A stretch of 43,905 bases of DNA, taken from positions 1 to 43,905 of the forward strand of contig JADFGZ010000002.1 of NCBI GenBank assembly GCA_022567475.1, in the 5' to 3' direction. The stretch is from Acidobacteriota bacterium (lineage in GTDB: Bacteria > Acidobacteriota > Terriglobia > 2-12-FULL-54-10). The translations under genes and the position numbers were made by a program. Under the pieces are notes generated by a model, which saw only the letters and a list, made by a program, of their open reading frames with translations, made no database searches and had not been told where the DNA came from. This document shows positions 1 through 8,249 of this stretch, one piece after another (positions within the stretch are counted from its first letter, which is position 1; each line of letters begins with the position of its first letter).

Positions 1-1
1 A

Positions 2-586
2 GTGTCCTGCATCGACATCGGCTGCCACGAGGGCTTCTACTCGATAGCAATGGCCAGGAAGGGGATCAAGCGGGTGGTCGGGGTCGATGTGCGGGAGAGC
101 AATCTGCAGAAGGCGCGGTTCGTGGCCGAGGCCCTCGGGTTTCCGCAAATCTCCTTCCGGCAAGGCAACTGCGAGCGGCTGTCGGTGGAAGAGACCGGCC
201 AATACGACCTGACCCTTTTTCTGGGCGTGCTCTATCACCTGGAGAACCCGATGCTCTGCCTGCGGAACGTCAGCGCCATGACCAAGGAGCTTTGTATCGT
301 CGAGACGCAGGTGATCGACGAGGTGGAGGGCGAGACCGAATGGGGCGCGAGGGAGTGGACGCGGCCCTACCAGGGCGTGCTCGCGGCGGTCGATGAGTCC
401 GACGAGTTCTACGCCGACATCGCCGAGACGGGCGGCACCCCGCTGGCCCTGTGTCCTTCGCCGAAGGCGCTCGAGTTTATGCTGAAGCAGGCAGGTTTCC
501 GTAGGACCGAGATTGTGCCGCCTCCGCCCGGCGCCTACGAACAGCACCAGCGCGGCAAGCGCGTCGTCTGCGCCGCGTATAAGTGA
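2..586 (+). CDS. Class I SAM-dependent methyltransferase (CmoB/DUF1698-like), 5'-truncated by the window edge
   Basis: SAM motif I (CIDIGCHEGF), acidic motif II (VVGVD) and YDLTLFLGVLYH; the frame is open from the window start. Confidence 0.75.
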   Translation: MSCIDIGCHEGFYSIAMARKGIKRVVGVDVRESNLQKARFVAEALGFPQISFRQGNCERLSVEETGQYDLTLFLGVLYHLENPMLCLRNVSAMTKELCIVETQVIDEVEGETEWGAREWTRPYQGVLAAVDESDEFYADIAETGGTPLALCPSPKALEFMLKQAGFRRTEIVPPPPGAYEQHQRGKRVVCAAYK

Positions 587-588
587 GG

Positions 589-664
589 ACGGTAAGAATC
601 CGGTGCAGCTTCAAAAAAACGGACACCCTTCCGGTTAAAAACAAATCCACTTGGAAGCGCGTCC
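589..664 (-). terminator. Rho-independent terminator of the MBL-fold gene; copy 1 of a 76-bp direct repeat
   Basis: Imperfect stem GGACACCCTTCC...GGAAGCGCGTCC next to an A7 run (U-tract on the minus strand), just after the stop at 667. Confidence 0.65.
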
Positions 665-666
665 AT

Positions 667-1401
667 TTAAGGCTCTTGATCCAGAATGCCCGCCAGCTCG
701 CGCAGCAACGCGGCGCCGTCACCGCGATAAGCGCTCCCATGCTGACAGGCAAGCGTGGTGGGCTTCAGCGCGGCTAACCGTTCCAGAATCGTTCTTGTGT
801 TGGTCGCGTGTGCGTAGTAATCCATGGCCTTGCGCATGCCTTCGCTGGCCGACAGGACTTCCGATTCAGTCAACGGCGGCGTGTCCGCACCAGGCTGCGT
901 GAATAGATCGCCGCAGAGCAGCGTTTGGGAGCTTTTGTCAAACAACACGCCGCAGTCCCAGCCGTGTGGCACGTGAGGTGTGTAGATCCATTGCAGCGTC
1001 TTACTGCCAATAGAGAACTCTTCGCCATCGGCCAAGCCGCGCGGCGGCCTGTCGGCTTGGTCCTCCAGTGACGTCAGCACGCCGACCTGGCTGGCAAACG
1101 GCACCGCCAGCGGGGCAGCGGCAAGAAACTCATTCATCGCACCCGATTCGTCGCCCTCAAAGTGCGAGTAACCGACATGACGGATGCTCTTGAGTGGAAC
1201 CACCTTCGAGATGGCTTCGGAGACGAAGGGAAACCATCGTCGCCACCCCGTGTGGAACACCACCGGTTCGTCGTCGACAATCAGGTATTGACTGAGGTTA
1301 AAACCTCCGGGGATGGCGTCTACGCGCAGCGGCGTATTGATGCGATAGATACCCGCCGCGACTTCGTCAATCCTTGTTCCAGTATGTGAGTTCGTAATCA
1401 T
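667..1401 (-). CDS. Di-iron metallo-beta-lactamase-fold protein (FprA N-terminal / ODP-like), no flavodoxin domain
   Basis: Motifs SHFEGDE, TPHVPH, GDLF and QHG; ATG at 1401 preceded by AAGGAGG, so a shorter start than the ORF track. Confidence 0.8.
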   Translation of the reverse strand: MITNSHTGTRIDEVAAGIYRINTPLRVDAIPGGFNLSQYLIVDDEPVVFHTGWRRWFPFVSEAISKVVPLKSIRHVGYSHFEGDESGAMNEFLAAAPLAVPFASQVGVLTSLEDQADRPPRGLADGEEFSIGSKTLQWIYTPHVPHGWDCGVLFDKSSQTLLCGDLFTQPGADTPPLTESEVLSASEGMRKAMDYYAHATNTRTILERLAALKPTTLACQHGSAYRGDGAALLRELAGILDQEP

Positions 1402-1710
1402 GTATGCGTCCTCCTTCGGCCTGGGGTGGTACACCTCGCTCTTGCCCTCAGCCGATAAGCACAAGGCTTTCGTAAGAGTCCAATCGAGTTCCGGCAGATA
1501 AGGGCATTGAGGCGTCGAACGATTGTACCCTATTGATGTGTGGCGCACGCCGGATTCCACCTGGGAATCGGGCTGATCAGAATGTGGTCTGTCGACTTCG
1601 CGGGCCGAGGTTGGTTGTGGGAAGGCGGTTCGGGTTCAATTGCGGTCGGATGACGGCGGACTCGGAAACGATGCGCCGCAGTTCTATCCCATCACAGTGG
1701 TTGAGAAAAT

Positions 1711-1786
1711 ACGGTAAGATTCCGGTGCAGGTTCAAAAAAAAGGACGCCCTTCCGGTGAAAAACAAATCCACTCGGAAGTGCGTCC
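1711..1786 (-). terminator. Rho-independent terminator of the boxB-like/ferredoxin operon; copy 2 of the 76-bp direct repeat
   Basis: Stem GGACGCCCTTCCG...CGGAAGTGCGTCC with an A8 run; 69/76 identical to 589-664. Confidence 0.75.
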
Positions 1787-1833
1787 GCTTTAATACTCTA
1801 TCTCTAAAGGCTCCAGCTCTAACGGAGAAGTTC

Positions 1834-2169
1834 CTAGAAAATCCCGGCGTCCAGCAACTGGTAGATCATCCCCTCCAGGACCTTGTCCACCTTGCCGGTC
1901 AGCGGCGTGACGGTCTCCCCCTGTTTCAGGTGTTTCTCCACAATTTCGTCGGCGTCTTTTTCCTGGACGCCTCCGTACCACACCTTGTCCGGGTAGACGA
2001 CCACGTGGGGACCTTCGTGGCAGCTGCCGAAGCACATGTAGGAGCGCAACTCCACGTCGCCGCAACCGTCCTCTTGGAGGTGATTCTGGATCCGGTCCAT
2101 CACCTTTCCGGCCCCGCGAGCCCGGCAATCGACGTTCATGCAGACGAAAACGTATCGCTTGTCAGCCAA
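1834..2169 (-). CDS. Thioredoxin-like [2Fe-2S] ferredoxin
   Basis: C10-X4-C15...C46-X3-C50 followed by GPHVVVYPDKVWY; starts 21 bp after the boxB-like stop. Confidence 0.85.
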   Translation of the reverse strand: MADKRYVFVCMNVDCRARGAGKVMDRIQNHLQEDGCGDVELRSYMCFGSCHEGPHVVVYPDKVWYGGVQEKDADEIVEKHLKQGETVTPLTGKVDKVLEGMIYQLLDAGIF

Positions 2170-2190
2170 GAAACCACCTCTGCTGGAAAC

Positions 2191-3315
2191 CTACATTTTC
2201 TGTTTAGGGTCTATAATCCAGCCCTTTTCTTTCTCCATGCCGATCAAGAAATCGTCGTCGGCGTCGGTCGGAAGGACCTCTTGCAGGTGCTTCTCATACG
2301 CTTCCTGCGAGAGCAGCTCGCCGGTCACGCTGTAGGTCTTGCCGGCGTATTCCCCAATGCTTCTGCGGAACTTCTCGTCGGGCATCCGCAGCTTCGGCTG
2401 GTCCGCAGGGATGTTCTTGTTGAGCGAGTCCACGATAGCGCCCACCTCTTTCAAGTACTGGGAGCGGGACAGCTCATTCAACTTGTCCATATTGGGCCCA
2501 TCGTCAAACAGATGCTCGTCGTAGCGGCCTTTCAATCCCCACTCATAGGCCCAGTGCGCCGAGGAGGACCCGTCCTGGCCGAACAGGTCGGCGCCGGTCG
2601 AGAGCCACTTGTCGAAGTACTTCTGGATAAGGGAAATGGGAATCTTTCCGGCTTTCACGATGCGCATCAGGCCCGTATTGCCGGTCAGCATGTGGAAGGC
2701 TTCCTCCTGCAGCATGGGGCGCACGCTGCGGGCCAGCGGAGCAAAGGCGCTGCGGCTGAGCATGTTGAGCTGGTACTTGCCGTCGCGATCGATAAAATCC
2801 GTGTAGGTGAAGAAATCCAGCCAGCAACGGACCGGTTCATTGAAGGCGCCGAGCAGGCGCGAGTGGGCCGAGGCCCGCCGCTCCAGCAGCCTCTGGGCTT
2901 GCTTTTTACCCGAGTCCCCAAAGTGGGTCACCAGCAGGTAGGCCATCTGCCATCCATGCCGCATCTCTTCCCGGTTGACCCGGATCATGCTTTCCAGGTC
3001 ATACTGGGTCGGGGCCCTTTCGAGCAGGTTCTTCTGCTGCTCGACCGAGGCAAACTCGGTGTCCCCTTGGAACTCGATCAGGTGCGCCAGGGAGTCGCGA
3101 ATCCGCTGGTCCGGGACGTCGAGCAACCTCTCCCATTTCGGGTTGCCGGCATAGTGCCCGAACTCAATCTCGTCGCTCTCGAGCTCTCCCAGCTTCGTCT
3201 CAAATACATAATCCTCGCCGATCAGCTTGGTCGGATAACCGATGTCGTCGCGCCACTGGTGAAAAACATCCACCCAGTCATCAAAATTGCGCAGCCTGGG
3301 TCCCTTAACTGCCAT
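2191..3315 (-). CDS. BoxB/PaaA-family di-iron aryl-CoA epoxidase subunit (short BoxB-like)
   Basis: Carboxylate di-iron motifs QGDTEFASVEQQ, EEMRH, DRDGKYQL and EEAFH plus LGAFN, all typical of BoxB; AGGAG RBS upstream. Confidence 0.85.
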   Translation of the reverse strand: MAVKGPRLRNFDDWVDVFHQWRDDIGYPTKLIGEDYVFETKLGELESDEIEFGHYAGNPKWERLLDVPDQRIRDSLAHLIEFQGDTEFASVEQQKNLLERAPTQYDLESMIRVNREEMRHGWQMAYLLVTHFGDSGKKQAQRLLERRASAHSRLLGAFNEPVRCWLDFFTYTDFIDRDGKYQLNMLSRSAFAPLARSVRPMLQEEAFHMLTGNTGLMRIVKAGKIPISLIQKYFDKWLSTGADLFGQDGSSSAHWAYEWGLKGRYDEHLFDDGPNMDKLNELSRSQYLKEVGAIVDSLNKNIPADQPKLRMPDEKFRRSIGEYAGKTYSVTGELLSQEAYEKHLQEVLPTDADDDFLIGMEKEKGWIIDPKQKM

Positions 3316-3413
3316 TGCCTTACTCCTTACCCGGGCTACACCCGGCGTCTTTGTTGAAATAGTCGATGATTATCGCTCGCCTAAAATTCGCTTCTCTCCG
3401 GCTGGAACCTTCC

Positions 3414-3485
3414 TGCACTGCCAGCCGTCCTCCAAGTTTGCATTTTATTGCTCTTTTATTTTTTTTGCAAGAGAAATATAATGCA
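3414..3485. promoter_or_regulatory. AT-rich promoter region with TGCA boxes, candidate BoxR/BzdR-type operators
   Basis: TGCA-TTTTAT-TGCT (3439-3452), AGAA-ATATAA-TGCA (3472-3485), extra TGCA at 3414 and 3466. Confidence 0.45.
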
Positions 3486-3599
3486 TATCGGAAGGTCCTG
3501 TGGACGAGCACGAAACCGACGGGTTTCTGGAAACCAGGGTCCGGCGAATCCGCAGCCTGCGGATAAAGGCCGGCAGAAATTAACGCCAGCGCCGCCGGT

Positions 3600-4454
3600 T
3601 TACCGCTGCGGAAAGCGAGAGGCCTCGGGGAAATTTCCGGCTTCGAGCGCATATTTCCCCCGCCGATTGTTCCATCGAATCCTCAGCAGGTCCATAAACA
3701 TGCGCGCGCTGTCCCGCAGCATGTGCACCGTGCTGCCCTCGCAATGCGCCCAGTGGACGGGAACCTCCAGAACGCGATACCCGAATTTCCGCGCCAGGTA
3801 GAGAACCTCCACGTCAAACCCGAAGCCGGAAATCCTCTGGCGGGCGAAGATGGTTTCGGCGGCCTGCCGGCGGAAGGCCTTGAAGCCGCACTGCGTGTCC
3901 CTGAAATTGAGCCCTGCGATGCTGCGGGTCCAGAAATTGAACAGCCTTCCGGCAGCTTCCCGAATGCGGGACTGGCGCTGGCTGATCCACTCCGGACGCA
4001 GCCCGCGGGAGCCAAAAGCGACGTCGTAACCGTTCTTCAGAGGTTCGAGCAGCCGTTCCGCCTCCGCGATGGGGGCGGAGAGGTCGGCATCGGTGAACAG
4101 GATGTATTCCCCGCGCGCGTTCAGCATGCCGTTGCGCACGGCTGCCCCTTTCCCGAAGTTTGTGGGATGCCGCAGCAAGCGCACCTCCGGCGATTCCCGG
4201 CAGACGCGCTGGACCAGTTCAGCCGTATCGTCGGTGGAGCCATCATCCACCACCAGCACCTCAAAAGCTTCCGAACGCGACTGCAAAAGGTTGAGCACCG
4301 CCTGCAACGTGGCGGGAAGCCGGGCGGATTCGTTGTGAGCCGGGATCACCACGCTGAGAACAACCTCCGAAGAGCGTCCCGGCGCGCTGGTGGAGCCGGC
4401 TGCTGCCGCGCCCGGTTGCTCCTGATGATTTAGATGATTCAAGCGTTCTCCCAT
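3600..4454 (-). CDS. GT2 glycosyltransferase (dolichyl-phosphate beta-glucosyltransferase-like)
   Basis: SVVIPAHNE, VVDDGSTD, NFGKGAAVR, FTDADLS and DTQCGFKAF; start uncertain (ATG at 4454 overlaps the pcm end). Confidence 0.88.
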   Translation of the reverse strand: MGERLNHLNHQEQPGAAAAGSTSAPGRSSEVVLSVVIPAHNESARLPATLQAVLNLLQSRSEAFEVLVVDDGSTDDTAELVQRVCRESPEVRLLRHPTNFGKGAAVRNGMLNARGEYILFTDADLSAPIAEAERLLEPLKNGYDVAFGSRGLRPEWISQRQSRIREAAGRLFNFWTRSIAGLNFRDTQCGFKAFRRQAAETIFARQRISGFGFDVEVLYLARKFGYRVLEVPVHWAHCEGSTVHMLRDSARMFMDLLRIRWNNRRGKYALEAGNFPEASRFPQR

Positions 4455-5164
4455 CCGTGCCTTCCCTTTAACGGAACGAAGCGGCAGTGCCCCAGGACGC
4501 GGGACACCGGCTTCCCCTGGCATTTGCGGACCTGCCGGAACTCCTGTTGATCGAGGCTTCCCACGGGAATCACCAGGCGGCCGCCTTCCACCAGTTGTTC
4601 GAGGAAGCAGTCCGGAACCCGGGGCGCTGCCGCGGCCACCAGGATGCCATCGTAAGGCGCCGCCGGAGGATATCCCTCGCTGCCATCGCCATGGAGCAAG
4701 ACGACCGTATCACCACCGGTTACACCCAGGCGCTCCAGACGCTCCCCGGCCAAACGAAACAGCTCCGGATCGCGCTCCATGGTGTAAACGCGCGCTGCCA
4801 AACGGGCGAGGATCGCCGCCTGATACCCGGAGCCGGTGCCGACCTCGAGCACGCGCTCGGTTCCCCTCAGCTCCAGGGCCTCCGTCATGGCGGCCACCAT
4901 GTAAGGCTGCGAGATGGTCTGCCCCTGGCCGATGGAGACGGGATGGTCTTCGTAGGCTATCCGTCTGTGCTCGGACGGCACGTATTCGTGCCGGGGGACC
5001 TCGCCCATGGCCTGCAACACCCGCTCATCACGAATCCTGCGGCGGCGGAGTTGCCGGGCGACCATTGCCTGGCGTTGCTCCGCCGCCCACTCCAGCGTAG
5101 GAGCAAAGCTGGCCGCCTTGCCTCCATTGCCCTTCGCTGGCCGGATGGAGGAGAAAAACTTCAT
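4439..5164 (-). CDS. pcm: Protein-L-isoaspartate O-methyltransferase
   Basis: VPRHEYV, QTISQPYMVA, VLEVGTGSGYQAA, APYDGI, GGRLVIPVG and CRFVPL. Confidence 0.95.
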   Translation of the reverse strand: MKFFSSIRPAKGNGGKAASFAPTLEWAAEQRQAMVARQLRRRRIRDERVLQAMGEVPRHEYVPSEHRRIAYEDHPVSIGQGQTISQPYMVAAMTEALELRGTERVLEVGTGSGYQAAILARLAARVYTMERDPELFRLAGERLERLGVTGGDTVVLLHGDGSEGYPPAAPYDGILVAAAAPRVPDCFLEQLVEGGRLVIPVGSLDQQEFRQVRKCQGKPVSRVLGHCRFVPLKGRHGWENA

Positions 5165-5338
5165 CGCTGAAAAGTTTACTCCAAACGGGGGGAAGTTTTC
5201 TCCAAACCGGCGGCTATGGTCACAGAGGGACGGGAGAAAATCAGAAGACAGCAGCCGGAGTTCCTAACCCGCCGCATTCGGCAATTGGGAACCCCTGCCG
5301 CCTGATTCCGCGATGCCGAATTCCGTTATAATGGTTCT

Positions 5339-6361
5339 GTGGCATCAGAGAACCTGGAAAGATATTCCCGGCAGGTCTTGTATCGCGGCATCGGCGAGGC
5401 GGGCCAGCGGAAGCTATTAGCCTCGCGGGTTGCCATCGTAGGATGCGGGGCGCTCGGCAGCCATCAGGCCTCCCTGCTGGTCCGCGCCGGCGTGGGAGAG
5501 ATGGTCCTCATCGACCGCGACTACGTGGAGGAGAGCAACCTGCAACGCCAGACGCTTTTCGAAGAACGCGATGCTGCCGAATGCCTCCCCAAGGCGGTGG
5601 CGGCGGAAGCTCACCTGAAACGAGCCAACTCCGGCGTCAAGGTGCAAGGCATCGTGGCCGACCTGACGGCGGAGAACGCAACCGAACTTCTGCAAGGGAT
5701 CGACGTGCTGCTCGACGGCACCGACAACTTTGAGACGCGCTACCTGTTAAACGACCTCAGCCTGCAAAACGGCGTGCCCTGGGTCTATGGCGCGGCTGTC
5801 GGCAGCTACGGCGTGACGCTGACCATCGTTCCGGGCCACGGCCCGTGCCTCGCCTGCCTGTTTCCAGAGCCGCCCTCCGGGATGCAGGCCACATGCGACA
5901 CCGACGGAATTCTCTGCTCTGCCGCCTCCGCCGTTGCTTCCCTTCAGGTGGCCGAGGCTTTGAAGCTGCTGGTTGGCGACCGTGCCGCCCTGCACGGCAA
6001 GCTGATCTCGTTCGACGTCTGGGAGAACAGCTTCCAGGCCGTTGACCCCGGCCCGCCCGCGGAGGGTTGCCGCGCATGCCAGCGGAAGGACTTCGTCTAC
6101 CTCGCCGGGAGCGGCTCGCCTCATATCACGCTGTGCGGCCGCAACTCGGTGCAGATCCATGAACGCAAGCGGCCCCTGGATTTTGCGGAGCTTGAGAGAA
6201 AGCTGAAGCCGCACGGCGCGGTGCGCTTCAATCCCTATGTCTTCCAATTCTCACTCGCCCCGTATGAGATGACGATCTTCCCCGACGGCCGGGCTATTAT
6301 TAAAGGCACCACCGACACGGGAATCGCGCGCAGCCTTTATGCCCGCTATATCGGCAGTTGA
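5339..6361 (+). CDS. ThiF/MoeB-family adenylyltransferase
   Basis: RYSRQ, GCGALG, DRDYVEESNLQRQ, DGTDNFETR and two CxxC motifs. Confidence 0.9.
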   Translation: MASENLERYSRQVLYRGIGEAGQRKLLASRVAIVGCGALGSHQASLLVRAGVGEMVLIDRDYVEESNLQRQTLFEERDAAECLPKAVAAEAHLKRANSGVKVQGIVADLTAENATELLQGIDVLLDGTDNFETRYLLNDLSLQNGVPWVYGAAVGSYGVTLTIVPGHGPCLACLFPEPPSGMQATCDTDGILCSAASAVASLQVAEALKLLVGDRAALHGKLISFDVWENSFQAVDPGPPAEGCRACQRKDFVYLAGSGSPHITLCGRNSVQIHERKRPLDFAELERKLKPHGAVRFNPYVFQFSLAPYEMTIFPDGRAIIKGTTDTGIARSLYARYIGS

Positions 6362-6432
6362 GCAAGCTCTCTGGGGCGGGCCCGATCGCGCTACACATGC
6401 CGGCGGCGGCCCTCGGTATATCGGAGCATGAA

Positions 6433-7317
6433 ATGTTAGTCACCTTGCAAAAAAAACGGCCCGACTGGCTCCGGACCAAGTTTCCCGGCGGCCCCAACTA
6501 TCACGAGTTGAAGGTTCTGAAGAACCGCCTTCGCCTCCACACGGTCTGCGAGAGCGCGCGCTGCCCCAACATCGGCGAATGCTGGGAGCAACGCACCGCC
6601 ACGTTTATGATCCTGGGAGACGTCTGCACGCGCCGTTGCGGCTTCTGCGCGGTGCCGAAAGGCGCTCCGCTGCCGGTGGACGACCAGGAGCCGGAGCGGG
6701 TGGCGCAGGCGGTGGACCATCTCGGCCTGCAATACGCCGTGGTGACCTCGGTCAACCGGGACGACCGCAAAGACGGCGGCGCAGAATTTTTTGCCCGGAC
6801 CATCCTGGCGATCCGCCGCATCCGGCCCGAGTGCAAAGTAGAGGTGCTGATCCCGGACTTCCAAGGCTCGCGCCCGGCGCTGGAGACGGTGCTCGCGGCG
6901 CGTCCCGACGTGCTCAGCCATAATATGGAGACCGTTCCGCGACTCTACCGGCAGGTGCGCCCGGGAGCGCGCTACGAGCAATCCCTCAACCTGCTCCGCA
7001 GCGTGGGGGAAATCGACCCGCGCATCATCGCCAAGTCCGGAATGATGCTGGGCCTGGGAGAGGAACCGCACGAAGTGCTGGCCGCCATGCGCGACCTCCG
7101 CGACCACGATTGCCGCATACTCACCCTGGGCCAATACCTGCGGCCTACGGTCAACCACCTCCCCATCATCCGTTACTATCCCCCCGAGGAGTTTGCGGAG
7201 TTGAAACGCGAAGGGGAACGGATGGGCTTCCGGCACGTGGAGGCCGGACCGCTGGTCCGCAGCTCCTATCACGCCCGCAACCAACTGGATGCCGCAGGCG
7301 AAACTCTGCCGGCCTAG
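6433..7317 (+). CDS. lipA: Lipoyl synthase
   Basis: CX4CX5C (CESARCPNIGEC), radical-SAM CX3CX2C (CTRRCGFC) and C-terminal RSSY; ATG at 6433 after GGAG is the likely start. Confidence 0.96.
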   Translation: MLVTLQKKRPDWLRTKFPGGPNYHELKVLKNRLRLHTVCESARCPNIGECWEQRTATFMILGDVCTRRCGFCAVPKGAPLPVDDQEPERVAQAVDHLGLQYAVVTSVNRDDRKDGGAEFFARTILAIRRIRPECKVEVLIPDFQGSRPALETVLAARPDVLSHNMETVPRLYRQVRPGARYEQSLNLLRSVGEIDPRIIAKSGMMLGLGEEPHEVLAAMRDLRDHDCRILTLGQYLRPTVNHLPIIRYYPPEEFAELKREGERMGFRHVEAGPLVRSSYHARNQLDAAGETLPA

Positions 7318-7477
7318 AAGTGCATGCCGGAAATATAAACCGGATCACGGAGAAGGCCTTCCGACAGCTTTGCCCAGCCATTGGCGGGGTCTTCACTTCC
7401 TCTTGGACCATGCTCTGCTTTACAGCCCCAGGGGCTTGTTGTAATATCGGGCGTTAGCCTGCCGGGGGTGGCCCCTA

Positions 7478-8179
7478 TTGGAGCCGGCCACAGAAATCAT
7501 GTCCAGGACGGAAAGCCAGCTTCGCCGCCAGATCGCCGAGGTTGGCAGGTGGCTGCACCAGAAGAACTTCCTGGCCGCCACGGACGGCAACATCTCGGCG
7601 CGCTTGCAGGACGGGCGGGTTCTGGTGACCCCGGCGAACGCCAGCAAGGGGATGCTCCGTCCCCAGGACATGGTTTTGGTCGATATGCAGGGGAACAAGA
7701 TTGCAGGCCGGGGGAACGCTTCCTCCGAGCTGCCCATGCACCTGCTGATCTACCACCGGCGTCCTGATGTCGGTGGGATCGTCCACGCCCATCCGCCCGC
7801 GGCCACCGGCTACGCCGTGGCGGGAATTGCACTGGACAAAGCCGTCCTTCCAGAGGTGGTGGTTTCGCTGGGACGCGTGCCCCTCGCGCGGTACGCAACG
7901 CCCGGCAGCCCTGCGCTTAACAAGGCGCTCCGGAACTTGGTTTCCCAATACAACGCCATCCTCCTGGCCAATCACGGCGTGGTCACCTTCGGGAAAGACC
8001 TGCTTCGGGCGTTCTTCCACATGGAGACCGTGGAACAGTTTGCCCGCATCTCGCTGGTTGCGAAATTATTGGGAAGGCAGGCGCTGCTCTCCAAACAGGA
8101 GGCGGAGAAACTGCGGGCCCTCCGGCCCCCGCATAAGAAAAGCCGCCAGCGGCCGCAAAGCCGGGACAGGAAGCCCTGA
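7478..8179 (+). CDS. Class II aldolase/adducin-family protein (FucA-like)
   Basis: DGNISAR, SSELPMH, VHAHPP and LLANHG; the start may be the ATG at 7499. Confidence 0.9.
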   Translation: MEPATEIMSRTESQLRRQIAEVGRWLHQKNFLAATDGNISARLQDGRVLVTPANASKGMLRPQDMVLVDMQGNKIAGRGNASSELPMHLLIYHRRPDVGGIVHAHPPAATGYAVAGIALDKAVLPEVVVSLGRVPLARYATPGSPALNKALRNLVSQYNAILLANHGVVTFGKDLLRAFFHMETVEQFARISLVAKLLGRQALLSKQEAEKLRALRPPHKKSRQRPQSRDRKP

Positions 8180-8249
8180 AAAGCAGAGCCCTGCAAAACA
8201 GAGACAAAACTCCGCTGCGGTCGAGCGGCGGAATCAGATTTTAGAGAGG

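Noticed and set aside
1756-3357. 533-aa plus-strand ORF, and similar long antisense ORFs (19379-21286, 22256-23851, 29140-30477, 33191-34513, 14154-15347)
   Set aside because: Shadow frames opposite well-supported genes; expected in high-GC DNA and carry no motifs
7767-8249. N-terminal 161 aa of the 493-aa ORF
   Set aside because: Overlaps the class II aldolase in another frame; LsrF similarity begins only after the ATG at 8250
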